A stretch of 64,000 nt of DNA, taken from the NCBI RefSeq assembly GCF_009914755.1, contig NC_060932.1, one strand, 5' to 3'. The notes below the pieces were generated by a model. The model was given only the letters and a program-made list of their open reading frames with translations. It searched no databases and was not told where the DNA came from. Shown here piece after piece: positions 27,101 through 42,100 of the stretch (position 1 is the stretch's first letter; the number at the start of each line of letters is the position of its first letter). The position numbers were made by a program, and so were the translations under genes. Source of the DNA: the human T2T-CHM13v2.0 reference genome, Homo sapiens.

Positions 27101-30100
27101 GTCTTCAAAGAAAATCTAGACAGAAGCATTCTCAGAAACACCTTCGTGATGTTTGCAATCAAGTCACAGAGTTGAACCTTCCGTTTCATAGAGCAGGTTG
27201 GAAACACTCTTTTTGTAGTATCTGGAAGTGGACATTTGGAGGGCTTTGTAGCCTATGTGGAAAAAGGAAATATCTTCCCATGAATGCGAGATAGAAGTAA
27301 TCTCAGAAACATGTTTATGCTGTATCTACTCAACTAACTGTGCTGAACATTTCTATTGATAGAGCAGTTTTGAGACACTCTTCTTTTGGAATCTGCAAGT
27401 GGATATTTGGATAGATTTGAGGATTTCGTTGGAAACGGGATTATATATCAAAAGTAGACAGCAGCATTCTCAGAAACTTCTTTGTGATGTTTGCATCCAG
27501 CTCTCAGAGTTGAACATTCCCTTTCATACAGTAGGTTTGAAACCCTCTTTTTATAGTGTCTGGAAGCGGGCATTTGGAGCGCTTTCAGGCCTATGCTGAA
27601 AAAGGAAATATCTACCTATAGAAACTAGACAGAAGCATTCTGAGAATCACGTTTGTGATGTGGGTACTCAACTAACAGTGTTGATCCATTCTTTTGATAC
27701 AGCAGTTTTGAACCACACCTTTTGTAGAATCTGCAAGTGGATATTTGGATAGCTGTGAGGATTTCGTTGGAAACGGGAATGTCTTCATAGAAAATTTAGA
27801 CAGAAGCATTCTCAGAACCTTGATTGTGATGTGTGTTCTCCACTAACAGAGTTGAACCTTTCTTTTGACAGAACTGTTCTGAAACATTCTTTTTATAGAA
27901 TCTGGAAGTGGATATTTGGAAAGCTTTGAGGATTTCGTTGGAAACGGGAATATCTTCAAATCAAATCTAGCCAGAAGCATTCTAAGAAACATCTTAGGGA
28001 TGTTTACATTCAAGTCACAGAGTTGAACATTCCCTTTCACAGAGCAGGTTTGAAACAATCTTCTCGTACTATCTGGCAGTGGACATTTTGAGCTCCTTGG
28101 GGCCTATGCTGAAAAAGGAAATATCTTCCGACAAAAACTAGACAGAAGCATTCGCAGAATCACGTTTGTGATGTGTGCACTCAACTGTCAGAATTGAACC
28201 TTGGTTTGGACAGAGCACTTTTGAAACACTGTTTTTGTAGAATCTGCAGGTGGATATTTGGCTAGCTTTGAGGATTTCGTTGGAAACGGTAATGTCTTCA
28301 AAGAAAATCTAGACAGAAGCATTCTCAGAAACACCTTCGTGATGTTTGCAATCAAGTCACAGAGTTGAACCTTCCGTTTCATAGAGCAGGTTGGAAACAC
28401 TCTTTTTGTAGTATCTGGAAGTGGACATTTGGAGGGCTTTGTAGCCTATCTGGAAAAAGGAAATATCTTCCCATGAATGCGAGATAGAAGTAATCTCAGA
28501 AACATGTTTATGCTGTATCTACTCAACTAACTGTGCTGAACATTTCTATTGATAGAGCAGTTTTGAGACACTCTTCTTTTGGAATCTGCAAGTGGATATT
28601 TGGATAGATTTGAGGATTTCGTTGGAAACGGGATTATATATCAAAAGTAGACAGCAGCATTCTCAGAAACTTCTTTGTGATGTTTGCATCCAGCTCTCAG
28701 AGTTGAACATTCCCTTTCATAGAGTAGGTTTGAAACCCTCTTTTTATAGTGTCTGGAAGCGGGCATTTGGAGCGCTTTCAGGCCTATGCTGAAAAAGGAA
28801 ATATCTACCTATAGAAACTAGACAGAAGCATTCTGAGAATCACGTTTGTGATGTGGGTACTCAACTAACAGTGTTGATCCATTCTTTTGATACAGCAGTT
28901 TTGAACCACACTTTTTGTAGAATCTGCAAGTGGATATTTGGATAGCTGTGAGGATTTCGTTGGAAACGGGAATGTCTTCATAGAAAATTTAGACAGAAGC
29001 ATTCTCAGAACCTTGATTGTGATGTGTGTTCTCCACTAACAGAGTTGAACCTTTCTTTTGACAGAACTGTTCTGAAACATTCTTTTTATAGAATCTGGAA
29101 GTGGATATTTGGAAAGCTTTGAGGATTTCGTTGGAAACGGGAATATCTTCAAATCAAATCTAGCCAGAAGCATTCTAAGAAACATCTTAGGGATGTTTAC
29201 ATTCAAGTCACAGAGTTGAACATTCCCTTTCACAGAGCAGGTTTGAAACAATCTTCTTGTACTATCTGGCAGTGGACATTTTGAGCTCCTTGGGGCCTAT
29301 GCTGAAAAAGGAAATATCTTCCGACCAAAACTAGACAGAAGCATTCGCAGAATCACGTTTGTGATGTGTGCACTCAACTGTCAGAATTGAACCTTGGTTT
29401 GGACAGAGCACTTTTGAAACACTCTTTTTGTAGAATCTGCAGGTGGATATTTGGCTAGCTTTGAGGATTTCGTTGGAAACGGTAATGTCTTCAAAGAAAA
29501 TCTAGACAGAAGCATTCTCAGAAACACCTTCGTGATGTTTGCAATCAAGTCACAGAGTTGAACCTTCCGTTTCATAGAGCAGGTTGGAAACACTCTTTTT
29601 GTAGTATCTGGAAGTGGACATTTGGAGGGCTTTGTAGCCTATCTGGAAAAAGGAAATATCTTCCCATGAATGCGAGATAGAAGTAAGCTCAGAAACATGT
29701 TTATGCTGTATCTACTCAACTAACTGTGCTGAACATTTCTATTGATAGAGCAGTTTTGAGACACTCTTCTTTTGGAATGTGCAAGTGGATATTTGGATAG
29801 ATTTGAGGATTTCGTTGGAAACGGGATTATATATAAAAAGTAGACAGCAGCATTCTCAGAAACTTCTTTGTGATGTTTGCATCCAGCTCTCAGAGTTGAA
29901 CATTCCCTTTCATAGAGTAGGTTTGAAACCCTCTTTTTATAGTGTCTGGAAGCGGGCATTTAGAGCGCTTTCAGGCCTATGCTGAAAAAGGAAATATCTA
30001 CCTATAGAAACTAGACAGAAGCATTCTGAGAATCACGTTTGTGATGTGGGTACTCAACTAACAGTGTTGATCCATTCTTTTGATACAGCAGTTTTGAACC

Positions 30101-33100
30101 ACACTTTTTGTAGAATCTGCAAGTGGATATTTGGATAGCTGTGAGGATTTCGTTGGAAACGGGAATGTCTTCATAGAAAATTTAGACAGAAGCATTCTCA
30201 GAACCTTGATTGTGATGTGTGTTCTCCACTAACAGAGTTGAACCTTTCTTTTGACAGAACTGTTCTGAAACATTCTTTTTATAGAATCTGGAAGTGGATA
30301 TTTGGAAAGCTTTGAGGATTTCGTTGGAAACGGGAATATCTTCAAATCAAATCTAGCCAGAAGCATTCTAAGAAACATCTTAGGGATGTTTACATTCAAG
30401 TCACAGAGTTGAACATTCCCTTTCACAGAGCAGGTTTGAAACAATCTTCTCGTACTATCTGGCAGTGGACATTTTGAGCTCCTTGGGGCCTATGCTGAAA
30501 AAGGAAATATCTTCCGACAAAAACTAGACAGAAGCATTCGCAGAATCACGTTTGTGATGTGTGCACTCAACTGTCAGAATTGAACCTTGGTTTGGACAGA
30601 GCACTTTTGAAACACTCTTTTTGTAGAATCTGCAGGTGGATATTTGGCTAGCTTTGAGGATTTCGTTGGAAACGGTAATGTCTTCAAAGAAAATCTAGAC
30701 AGAAGCATTCTCAGAAACACCTTCGTGATGTTTGCAATCAAGTCACAGAGTTGAACCTTCCGTTTCATAGAGCAGGTTGGAAACACTCTTTTTGTAGTAT
30801 CTGGAAGTGGACATTTGGAGGGCTTTGTAGCCTATCTGGAAAAAGGAAATATCTTCCCATGAATGCGAGATAGAAGTAATCTCAGAAACATGTTTATGCT
30901 GTATCTACTCAACTAACTGTGCTGAACATTTCTATTGATAGAGCAGTTTTGAGACACTCTTCTTTTGGAATCTGCAAGTGGATATTTGGATAGATTTGAG
31001 GATTTCGTTGGAAACGGGATTATATATCAAAAGTAGACAGCAGCATTCTCAGAAACTTCTTTGTGATGTTTGCATCCAGCTCTCAGAGTTGAACATTCCC
31101 TTTCATAGAGTAGGTTTGAAACCCTCTTTTTATAGTGTCTGGAAGCGGGCATTTGGAGCGCTTTCGGGCCTATGCTGAAAAAGGAAATATCTACCTATAG
31201 AAACTAGACAGAAGCATTCTGAGAATCACGTTTGTGATGTGGGTACTCAACTAACAGTGTTGATCCATTCTTTTGATACAGCAGTTTTGAACCACACTTT
31301 TTGTAGAATCTGCAAGTGGATATTTGGATAGCTGTGAGGATTTCGTTGGAAACGGGAATGTCTTCATAGAAAATTTAGACAGAAGCATTCTCAGAACCTT
31401 GATTGTGATGTGTGTTCTCCACTAACAGAGTTGAACCTTTCTTTTGACAGAACTGTTATGAAACATTCTTTTTATAGAATCTGGAAGTGGATATTTGGAA
31501 AGCTTTGAGGATTTCGTTGGAAACGGGAATATCTTCAAATAAAATCTAGCCAGAAGCATTCTAAGAAACATCTTAGGGATGTTTACATTCAAGTCACAGA
31601 GTTGAACATTCCCTTTCACAGAGCAGGTTTGAAACAATCTTCTCGTACTATCTGGCAGTGGACATTTTGAGCTCCTTGGGGCCTATGCTGAAAAAGGAAA
31701 TATCTTCCGACAAAAACTAGACAGAAGCATTCGCAGAATCACGTTTGTGATGTGTGCACTCAACTGTCAGAATTGAACCTTGGTTTGGACAGAGCACTTT
31801 TGAAACACTCTTTTTGTAGAATCTGCAGGTGGATATTTGGCTAGCTTTGAGGATTTCGTTGGAAACGGTAATGTCTTCAAAGAAAATCTAGACAGAAGCA
31901 TTCTCAGAAACACCTTCGTGATGTTTGCAATCAAGTCACAGAGTTGAACCTTCCGTTTCATAGAGCAGGTTGGAAACACTCTTTTTGTAGTATCTGGAAG
32001 TGGACATTTGGAGGGCTTTGTAGCCTATCTGGAAAAAGGAAATATCTTCCCATGAATGCGAGATAGAAGTAATCTCAGAAACATGTTTATGCTGTATCTA
32101 CTCAACTAACTGTGCTGAACATTTCTATTGATAGAGCAGTTTTGAGACACTCTTCTTTTGGAATCTGCAAGTGGATATTTGGATAGATTTGAGGATTTCG
32201 TTGGAAACGGGATTATATATCAAAAGTAGACAGCAGCATTCTCAGAAACTTCTTTGTGATGTTTGCATCCAGCTCTCAGAGTTGAACATTCCCTTTCATA
32301 GAGTAGGTTTGAAACCCTCTTTTTATAGTGTCTGGAAGCGGGCATTTGGAGCGCTTTCAGGCCTATGCTGAAAAAGGAAATATCTACCTATAGAAACTAG
32401 ACAGAAGCATTCTGAGAATCACGTTTGTGATGTGGGTACTCAACTAACAGTGTTGATCCATTCTTTTGATACAGCAGTTTTGAACCACACTTTTTGTAGA
32501 ATCTGCAAGTGGATATTTGGATAGCTGTGAGGATTTCGTTGGAAACGGGAATGTCTTCATAGAAAATTTAGACAGAAGCATTCTCAGAACCTTGATTGTG
32601 ATGTGTGTTCTCCACTAACAGAGTTGAACCTTTCTTTTGACAGAACTGTTCTGAAACATTCTTTTTATAGAATCTGGAAGTGGATATTTGGAAAGCTTTG
32701 AGGATTTCGTTGGAAACGGGAATATCTTCAAATCAAATCTAGCCAGAAGCATTCTAAGAAACATCTTAGGGATGTTTACATTCAAGTCACAGAGTTGAAC
32801 ATTCCCTTTCACAGAGCAGGTTTGAAACAATCTTCTCGTACTATCTGGCAGTGGACATTTTGAGCTCCTTGGGGCCTATGCTGAAAAAGGAAATATCTTC
32901 CGACAAAAACTAGACAGAAGCATTCGCAGAATCACGTTTGTGATGTGTGCACTCAACTGTCAGAATTGAACCTTGGTTTGGACAGAGCACTTTTGAAACA
33001 CTCTTTTTGTAGAATCTGCAGGTGGATATTTGGCTAGCTTTGAGGATTTCGTTGGAAACGGTAATGTCTTCAAAGAAAATCTAGACAGAAGCATTCTCAG

Positions 33101-36100
33101 AAACACCTTCGTGATGTTTGCAATCAAGTCACAGAGTTGAACCTTCCGTTTCATAGAGCAGGTTGGAAACACTCTTTTTGTAGTATCTGGAAGTGGACAT
33201 TTGGAGGGCTTTGTAGCCTATGTGGAAAAAGGAAATATCTTCCCATGAATGCGAGATAGAAGTAATCTCAGAAACATGTTTATGCTGTATCTACTCAACT
33301 AACTGTGCTGAACATTTCTATTGATAGAGCAGTTTTGAGACACTCTTCTTTTGGAATCTGCAAGTGGATATTTGGATAGATTTGAGGATTTCGTTGGAAA
33401 CGGGATTATATATCAAAAGTAGACAGCAGCATTCTCAGAAACTTCTTTGTGATGTTTGCATCCAGCTCTCAGAGTTGAACATTCCCTTTCATAGAGTAGG
33501 TTTGAAACCCTCTTTTTATAGTGTCTGGAAGCGGGCATTTGGAGCGCTTTCAGGCCTATGCTGAAAAAGGAAATATCTACCTATAGAAACTAGACAGAAG
33601 CATTCTGAGAATCACGTTTGTGATGTGGGTACTCAACTAACAGTGTTGATCCATTCTTTTGATACAGCAGTTTTGAACCACACCTTTTGTAGAATCTGCA
33701 AGTGGATATTTGGATAGCTGTGAGGATTTCGTTGGAAACGGGAATGTCTTCATAGAAAATTTAGACAGAAGCATTCTCAGAACCTTGATTGTGATGTGTG
33801 TTCTCCACTAACAGAGTTGAACCTTTCTTTTGACAGAACTGTTCTGAAACATTCTTTTTATAGAATCTGGAAGTGGATATTTGGAAAGCTTTGAGGATTT
33901 CGTTGGAAACGGGAATATCTTCAAATCAAATCTAGCCAGAAGCATTCTAAGAAACATCTTAGGGATGTTTACATTCAAGTCACAGAGTTGAACATTCCCT
34001 TTCACAGAGCAGGTTTGAAACAATCTTCTCGTACTATCTGGCAGTGGACATTTTGAGCTCCTTGGGGCCTATGCTGAAAAAGGAAATATCTTCCGACAAA
34101 AACTAGACAGAAGCATTCGCAGAATCACGTTTGTGATGTGTGCACTCAACTGTCAGAATTGAACCTTGGTTTGGACAGAGCACTTTTGAAACACTCTTTT
34201 TGTAGAATCTGCAGGTGGATATTTGGCTAGCTTTGAGGATTTCGTTGGAAACGGTAATGTCTTCAAAGAAAATCTAGACAGAAGCATTCTCAGAAACACC
34301 TTCGTGATGTTTGCAATCAAGTCACAGAGTTGAACCTTCCGTTTCATAGAGCAGGTTGGAAACACTCTTTTTGTAGTATCTGGAAGTGGACATTTGGAGG
34401 GCTTTGTAGCCTATCTGGAAAAAGGAAATATCTTCCCATGAATGCGAGATAGAAGTAATCTCAGAAACATGTTTATGCTGTATCTACTCAACTAACTGTG
34501 CTGAACATTTCTATTGATAGAGCAGTTTTGAGACACTCTTCTTTTGGAATCTGCAAGTGGATATTTGGATAGATTTGAGGATTTCGTTGGAAACGGGATT
34601 ATATATCAAAAGTAGACAGCAGCATTCTCAGAAACTTCTTTGTGATGTTTGCATCCAGCTCTCAGAGTTGAACATTCCCTTTCATAGAGTAGGTTTGAAA
34701 CCCTCTTTTTATAGTGTCTGGAAGCGGGCATTTGGAGCGCTTTCAGGCCTATGCTGAAAAAGGAAATATCTACCTATAGAAACTAGACAGAAGCATTCTG
34801 AGAATCACGTTTGTGATGTGGGTACTCAACTAACAGTGTTGATCCATTCTTTTGATACAGCAGTTTTGAACCACACTTTTTGTAGAATCTGCAAGTGGAT
34901 ATTTGGATAGCTGTGAGGATTTCGTTGGAAACGGGAATGTCTTCATAGAAAATTTAGACAGAAGCATTCTCAGAACCTTGATTGTGATGTGTGTTCTCCA
35001 CTAACAGAGTTGAACCTTTCTTTTGACAGAACTGTTCTGAAACATTCTTTTTATAGAATCTGGAAGTGGATATTTGGAAAGCTTTGAGGATTTCGTTGGA
35101 AACGGGAATATCTTCAAATCAAATCTAGCCAGAAGCATTCTAAGAAACATCTTAGGGATGTTTACATTCAAGTCACAGAGTTGAACATTCCCTTTCACAG
35201 AGCAGGTTTGAAACAATCTTCTTGTACTATCTGGCAGTGGACATTTTGAGCTCCTTGGGGCCTATGCTGAAAAAGGAAATATCTTCCGACCAAAACTAGA
35301 CAGAAGCATTCGCAGAATCACGTTTGTGATGTGTGCACTCAACTGTCAGAATTGAACCTTGGTTTGGACAGAGCACTTTTGAAACACTCTTTTTGTAGAA
35401 TCTGCAGGTGGATATTTGGCTAGCTTTGAGGATTTCGTTGGAAACGGTAATGTCTTCAAAGAAAATCTAGACAGAAGCATTCTCAGAAACACCTTCGTGA
35501 TGTTTGCAATCAAGTCACAGAGTTGAACCTTCCGTTTCATAGAGCAGGTTGGAAACACTCTTTTTGTAGTATCTGGAAGTGGACATTTGGAGGGCTTTGT
35601 AGCCTATCTGGAAAAAGGAAATATCTTCCCATGAATGCGAGATAGAAGTAAGCTCAGAAACATGTTTATGCTGTATCTACTCAACTAACTGTGCTGAACA
35701 TTTCTATTGATAGAGCAGTTTTGAGACACTCTTCTTTTGGAATGTGCAAGTGGATATTTGGATAGATTTGAGGATTTCCTTGGAAACGGGATTATATATA
35801 AAAAGTAGACAGCAGCATTCTCAGAAACTTCTTTGTGATGTTTGCATCCAGCTCTCAGAGTTGAACATTCCCTTTCATAGAGTAGGTTTGAAACCCTCTT
35901 TTTATAGTGTCTGGAAGCGGGCATTTAGAGCGCTTTCAGGCCTATGCTGAAAAAGGAAATATCTACCTATAGAAACTAGACAGAAGCATTCTGAGAATCA
36001 CGTTTGTGATGTGGGTACTCAACTAACAGTGTTGATCCATTCTTTTGATACAGCAGTTTTGAACCACACTTTTTGTAGAATCTGCAAGTGGATATTTGGA

Positions 36101-39100
36101 TAGCTGTGAGGATTTCGTTGGAAACGGGAATGTCTTCATAGAAAATTTAGACAGAAGCATTCTCAGAACCTTGATTGTGATGTGTGTTCTCCACTAACAG
36201 GGTTGAACCTTTCTTTTGACAGAACTGTTCTGAAACATTCTTTTTATAGAATCTGGAAGTGGATATTTGGAAAGCTTTGAGGATTTCGTTGGAAACGGGA
36301 ATATCTTCAAATCAAATCTAGCCAGAAGCATTCTAAGAAACATCTTAGGGATGTTTACATTCAAGTCACAGAGTTGAACATTCCCTTTCACAGAGCAGGT
36401 TTGAAACAATCTTCTCGTACTATCTGGCAGTGGACATTTTGAGCTCCTTGGGGCCTATGCTGAAAAAGGAAATATCTTCCGACAAAAACTAGACAGAAGC
36501 ATTCGCAGAATCACGTTTGTGATGTGTGCACTCAACTGTCAGAATTGAACCTTGGTTTGGACAGAGCACTTTTGAAACACTCTTTTTGTAGAATCTGCAG
36601 GTGGATATTTGGCTAGCTTTGAGGATTTCGTTGGAAACGGTAATGTCTTCAAAGAAAATCTAGACAGAAGCATTCTCAGAAACACCTTCGTGATGTTTGC
36701 AATCAAGTCACAGAGTTGAACCTTCCGTTTCATAGAGCAGGTTGGAAACACTCTTTTTGTAGTATCTGGAAGTGGACATTTGGAGGGCTTTGTAGCCTAT
36801 GTGGAAAAAGGAAATATCTTCCCATGAATGCGAGATAGAAGTAATCTCAGAAACATGTTTATGCTGTATCTACTCAACTAACTGTGCTGAACATTTCTAT
36901 TGATAGAGCAGTTTTGAGACACTCTTCTTTTGGAATCTGCAAGTGGATATTTGGATAGATTTGAGGATTTCGTTGGAAACGGGATTATATATCAAAAGTA
37001 GACAGCAGCATTCTCAGAAACTTCTTTGTGATGTTTGCATCCAGCTCTCAGAGTTGAACATTCCCTTTCATAGAGTAGGTTTGAAACCCTCTTTTTATAG
37101 TGTCTGGAAGCGGGCATTTGGAGCGCTTTCAGGCCTATGCTGAAAAAGGAAATATCTACCTATAGAAACTAGACAGAAGCATTCTGAGAATCACGTTTGT
37201 GATGTGGGTACTCAACTAACAGTGTTGATCCATTCTTTTGATACAGCAGTTTTGAACCACACTTTTTGTAGAATCTGCAAGTGGATATTTGGATAGCTGT
37301 GAGGATTTCGTTGGAAACGGGAATGTCTTCATAGAAAATTTAGACAGAAGCATTCTCAGAACCTTGATTGTGAAGTGTGTTCTCCACTAACAGAGTTGAA
37401 CCTTTCTTTTGACAGAACTGTTCTGAAACATTCTTTTTATAGAATCTGGAAGTGGATATTTGGAAAGCTTTGAGGATTTCGTTGGAAACGGGAATATCTT
37501 CAAATCAAATCTAGCCAGAAGCATTCTAAGAAACATCTTAGGGATGTTTACATTCAAGTCACAGAGTTGAACATTCCCTTTCACAGAGCAGGTTTGAAAC
37601 AATCTTCTCGTACTATCTGGCAGTGGACATTTTGAGCTCCTTGGGGCCTATGCTGAAAAAGGAAATATCTTCCGACAAAAACTAGACAGAAGCATTCGCA
37701 GAATCACGTTTGTGATGTGTGCACTCAACTGTCAGAATTGAACCTTGGTTTGGACAGAGCACTTTTGAAACACTCTTTTTGTAGAATCTGCAGGTGGATA
37801 TTTGGCTAGCTTTGAGGATTTCGTTGGAAACGGTAATGTCTTCAAAGAAAATCTAGACAGAAGCATTCTCAGAAACACCTTCGTGATGTTTGCAATCAAG
37901 TCACAGAGTTGAACCTTCCGTTTCATAGAGCAGGTTGGAAACACTCTTTTTGTAGTATCTGGAAGTGGACATTTGGAGGGCTTTGTAGCCTATCTGGAAA
38001 AAGGAAATATCTTCCCATGAATGCGAGATAGAAGTAATCTCAGAAACATGTTTATGCTGTATCTACTCAACTAACTGTGCTGAACATTTCTATTGATAGA
38101 GCAGTTTTGAGACACTCTTCTTTTGGAATCTGCAAGTGGATATTTGGATAGATTTGAGGATTTCGTTGGAAACGGGATTATATATCAAAAGTAGACAGCA
38201 GCATTCTCAGAAACTTCTTTGTGATGTTTGCATCCAGCTCTCAGAGTTGAACATTCCCTTTCATAGAGTAGGTTTGAAACCCTCTTTTTATAGTGTCTGG
38301 AAGCGGGCATTTGGAGCGCTTTCAGGCATATGCTGAAAAAGGAATTATCTACCTATAGAAACTAGACAGAAGCATTCTGAGAATCACGTTTGTGATGTGG
38401 GTACTCAACTAACAGTGTTGATCCATTCTTTTGATACAGCAGTTTTGAACCACACTTTTTGTAGAATCTGCAAGTGGATATTTGGATAGCTGTGAGGATT
38501 TCGTTGGAAACGGGAATGTCTTCATAGAAAATTTAGACAGAAGCATTCTCAGAACCTTGATTGTGATGTGTGTTCTCCACTAACAGAGTTGAACCTTTCT
38601 TTTGACAGAACTGTTCTGAAACATTCTTTTTATAGAATCTGGAAGTGGATATTTGGAAAGCTTTGAGGATTTCGTTGGAAACGGGAACATCTTCAAATAA
38701 AATCTAGCCAGAAGCATTCCAAGAAACATCTTAGGGATGTTTACATTCAAGTCACAGAGTTGAACATTCCCTTTCACAGAGCAGGTTTGAAACAATCTTC
38801 TCGTACTATCTGGCAGTGGACATTTTGAGCTCCTTGGGGCCTATGCTGAAAAAGGAAATATCTTCCGACAAAAACTAGACAGAAGCATTCGCAGAATCAC
38901 GTTTGTGATGTGTGCACTCAACTGTCAGAATTGAACCTTGGTTTGGACAGAGCACTTTTGAAACACTCTTTTTGTAGAATCTGCAGGTGGATATTTAGCT
39001 AGCTTTGAGGATTTCGTTGGAAACGGTAATGTCTTCAAAGAAAATCTAGACAGAAGCATTCTCAGAAACACCTTCGTGATGTTTGCAATCAAGTCACAGA

Positions 39101-42100
39101 GTTGAACCTTCCGTTTCATAGAGCAGGTTGGAAACACTCTTTTTGTAGTATCTGGAAGTGGACATTTGGAGGGCTTTGTAGCCTATCTGGAAAAAGGAAA
39201 TATCTTCCCATGAATGCGAGATAGAAGTAATCTCAGAAACATGTTTATGCTGTATCTACTCAACTAACTGTGCTGAACATTTCTATTGATAGAGCAGTTT
39301 TGAGACACTCTTCTTTTGGAATCTGCAAGTGGATATTTGGATAGATTTGAGGATTTCGTTGGAAACGGGATTATATATCAAAAGTAGACAGCAGCATTCT
39401 CAGAAACTTCTTTGTGATGTTTGCATCCAGCTCTCAGAGTTGAACATTCCCTTTCATAGAGTAGGTTTGAAACCCTCTTTTTATAGTGTCTGGAAGCGGG
39501 CATTTGGAGCGCTTTCAGGCCTATGCTGAAAAAGGAAATATCTACCTATGGAAACTAGACAGAAGCATTCTGAGAATCACGTTTGTGATGTGGGTACTCA
39601 ACTAACAGTGTTGATCCATTCTTTTGATACAGCAGTTTTGAACCACACTTTTTGTAGAATCTGCAAGTGGATATTTGGATAGCTGTGAGGATTTCGTTGG
39701 AAACGGGAATGTCTTCATAGAAAATTTAGACAGAAGCATTCTCAGAACCTTGATTGTGATGTGTGTTCTCCACTAACAGAGTTGAACCTTTCTTTTGACA
39801 GAACTGTTCTGAAACATTCTTGTTATAGAATCTGGAAGTGGATATTTGGAAAGCTTTGAGGATTTCGTTGGAAACGGGAATATCTTCAAATCAAATCTAG
39901 CCAGAAGCATTCTAAGAAACATCTTAGGGATGTTTACATTCAAGTCACAGAGTTGAACATTCCCTTTCACAGAGCAGGTTTGAAACAATCTTCTCGTACT
40001 ATCTGGCAGTGGACATTTTGAGCTCCTTGGGGCCTATGCTGAAAAAGGAAATATCTTCCGACAAAAACTAGACAGAAGCATTCGCAGAATCACGTTTGTG
40101 ATGTGTGCACTCAACTGTCAGAATTGAACCTTGGTTTGGACAGAGCACTTTTGAAACACTCTTTTTGTAGAATCTGCAGGTGGATATTTGGCTAGCTTTG
40201 AGGATTTCGTTGGAAACGGTAATGTCTTCAAAGAAAATCTAGACAGAAGCATTCTCAGAAACACCTTCGTGATGTTTGCAATCAAGTCACAGAGTTGAAC
40301 CTTCCGTTTCATAGAGCAGGTTGGAAACACTCTTTTTGTAGTATCTGGAAGTGGACATTTGGAGGGCTTTGTAGCCTATGTGGAAAAAGGAAATATCTTC
40401 CCATGAATGCGAGATAGAAGTAATCTCAGAAACATGTTTATGCTGTATCTACTCAACTAACTGTGCTGAACATTTCTATTGATAGAGCAGTTTTGAGACA
40501 CTCTTCTTTTGGAATCTGCAAGTGGATATTTGGATAGATTTGAGGATTTCGTTGGAAACGGGATTATATATCAAAAGTAGACAGCAGCATTCTCAGAAAC
40601 TTCTTTGTGATGTTTGCATCCAGCTCTCAGAGTTGAACATTCCCTTTCATAGAGTAGGTTTGAAACCCTCTTTTTATAGTGTCTGGAAGCGGGCATTTGG
40701 AGCGCTTTCAGGCCTATGCTGAAAAAGGAAATATCTACCTATGGAAACTAGACAGAAGCATTCTGAGAATCACGTTTGTGATGTGGGTACTCAACTAACA
40801 GTGTTGATCCATTCTTTTGATACAGCAGTTTTGAACCACACTTTTTGTAGAATCTGCAAGTGGATATTTGGATAGCTGTGAGGATTTCGTTGGAAACGGG
40901 AATGTCTTCATAGAAAATTTAGACAGAAGCATTCTCAGAACCTTGATTGTGATGTGTGTTCTCCACTAACAGAGTTGAACCTTTCTTTTGACAGAACTGT
41001 TCTGAAACATTCTTTTTATAGAATCTGGAAGTGGATATTTGGAAAGCTTTGAGGATTTCGTTGGAAACGGGAATATCTTCAAATCAAATCTAGCCAGAAG
41101 CATTCTAAGAAACATCTTAGGGATGTTTACATTCAAGTCACAGAGTTGAACATTCCCTTTCACAGAGCAGGTTTGAAACAATCTTCTCGTACTATCTGGC
41201 AGTGGACATTTTGAGCTCCTTGGGGCCTATGCTGAAAAAGGAAATATCTTCCGACAAAAACTAGACAGAAGCATTCGCAGAATCACGTTTGTGATGTGTG
41301 CACTCAACTGTCAGAATTGAACCTTGGTTTGGACAGAGCACTTTTGAAACACTCTTTTTGTAGAATCTGCAGGTGGATATTTGGCTAGCTTTGAGGATTT
41401 CGTTGGAAACGGTAATGTCTTCAAAGAAAATCTAGACAGAAGCATTCTCAGAAACACCTTCGTGATGTTTGCAATCAAGTCACAGAGTTGAACCTTCCGT
41501 TTCATAGAGCAGGTTGGAAACACTCTTTTTGTAGTATCTGGAAGTGGACATTTGGAGGGCTTTGTAGCCTATCTGGAAAAAGGAAATATCTTCCCATGAA
41601 TGCGAGATAGAAGTAATCTCAGAAACATGTTTATGCTGTATCTACTCAACTAACTGTGCTGAACATTTCTATTGATAGAGCAGTTTTGAGACACTCTTCT
41701 TTTGGAATCTGCAAGTGGATATTTGGATAGATTTGAGGATTTCGTTGGAAACGGGATTATATATCAAAAGTAGACAGCAGCATTCTCAGAAACTTCTTTG
41801 TGATGTTTGCATCCAGCTCTCAGAGTTGAACATTCCCTTTCATAGAGTAGGTTTGAAACCCTCTTTTTATAGTGTCTGGAAGCGGGCATTTGGAGCGCTT
41901 TCAGGCCTATGCTGAAAAAGGAAATATCTACCTATAGAAACTAGACAGAAGCATTCTGAGAATCACGTTTGTGATGTGGGTACTCAACTAACAGTGTTGA
42001 TCCATTCTTTTGATACAGCAGTTTTGAACCACACTTTTTGTAGAATCTGCAAGTGGATATTTGGATAGCTGTGAGGATTTCGTTGGAAACGGGAATGTCT

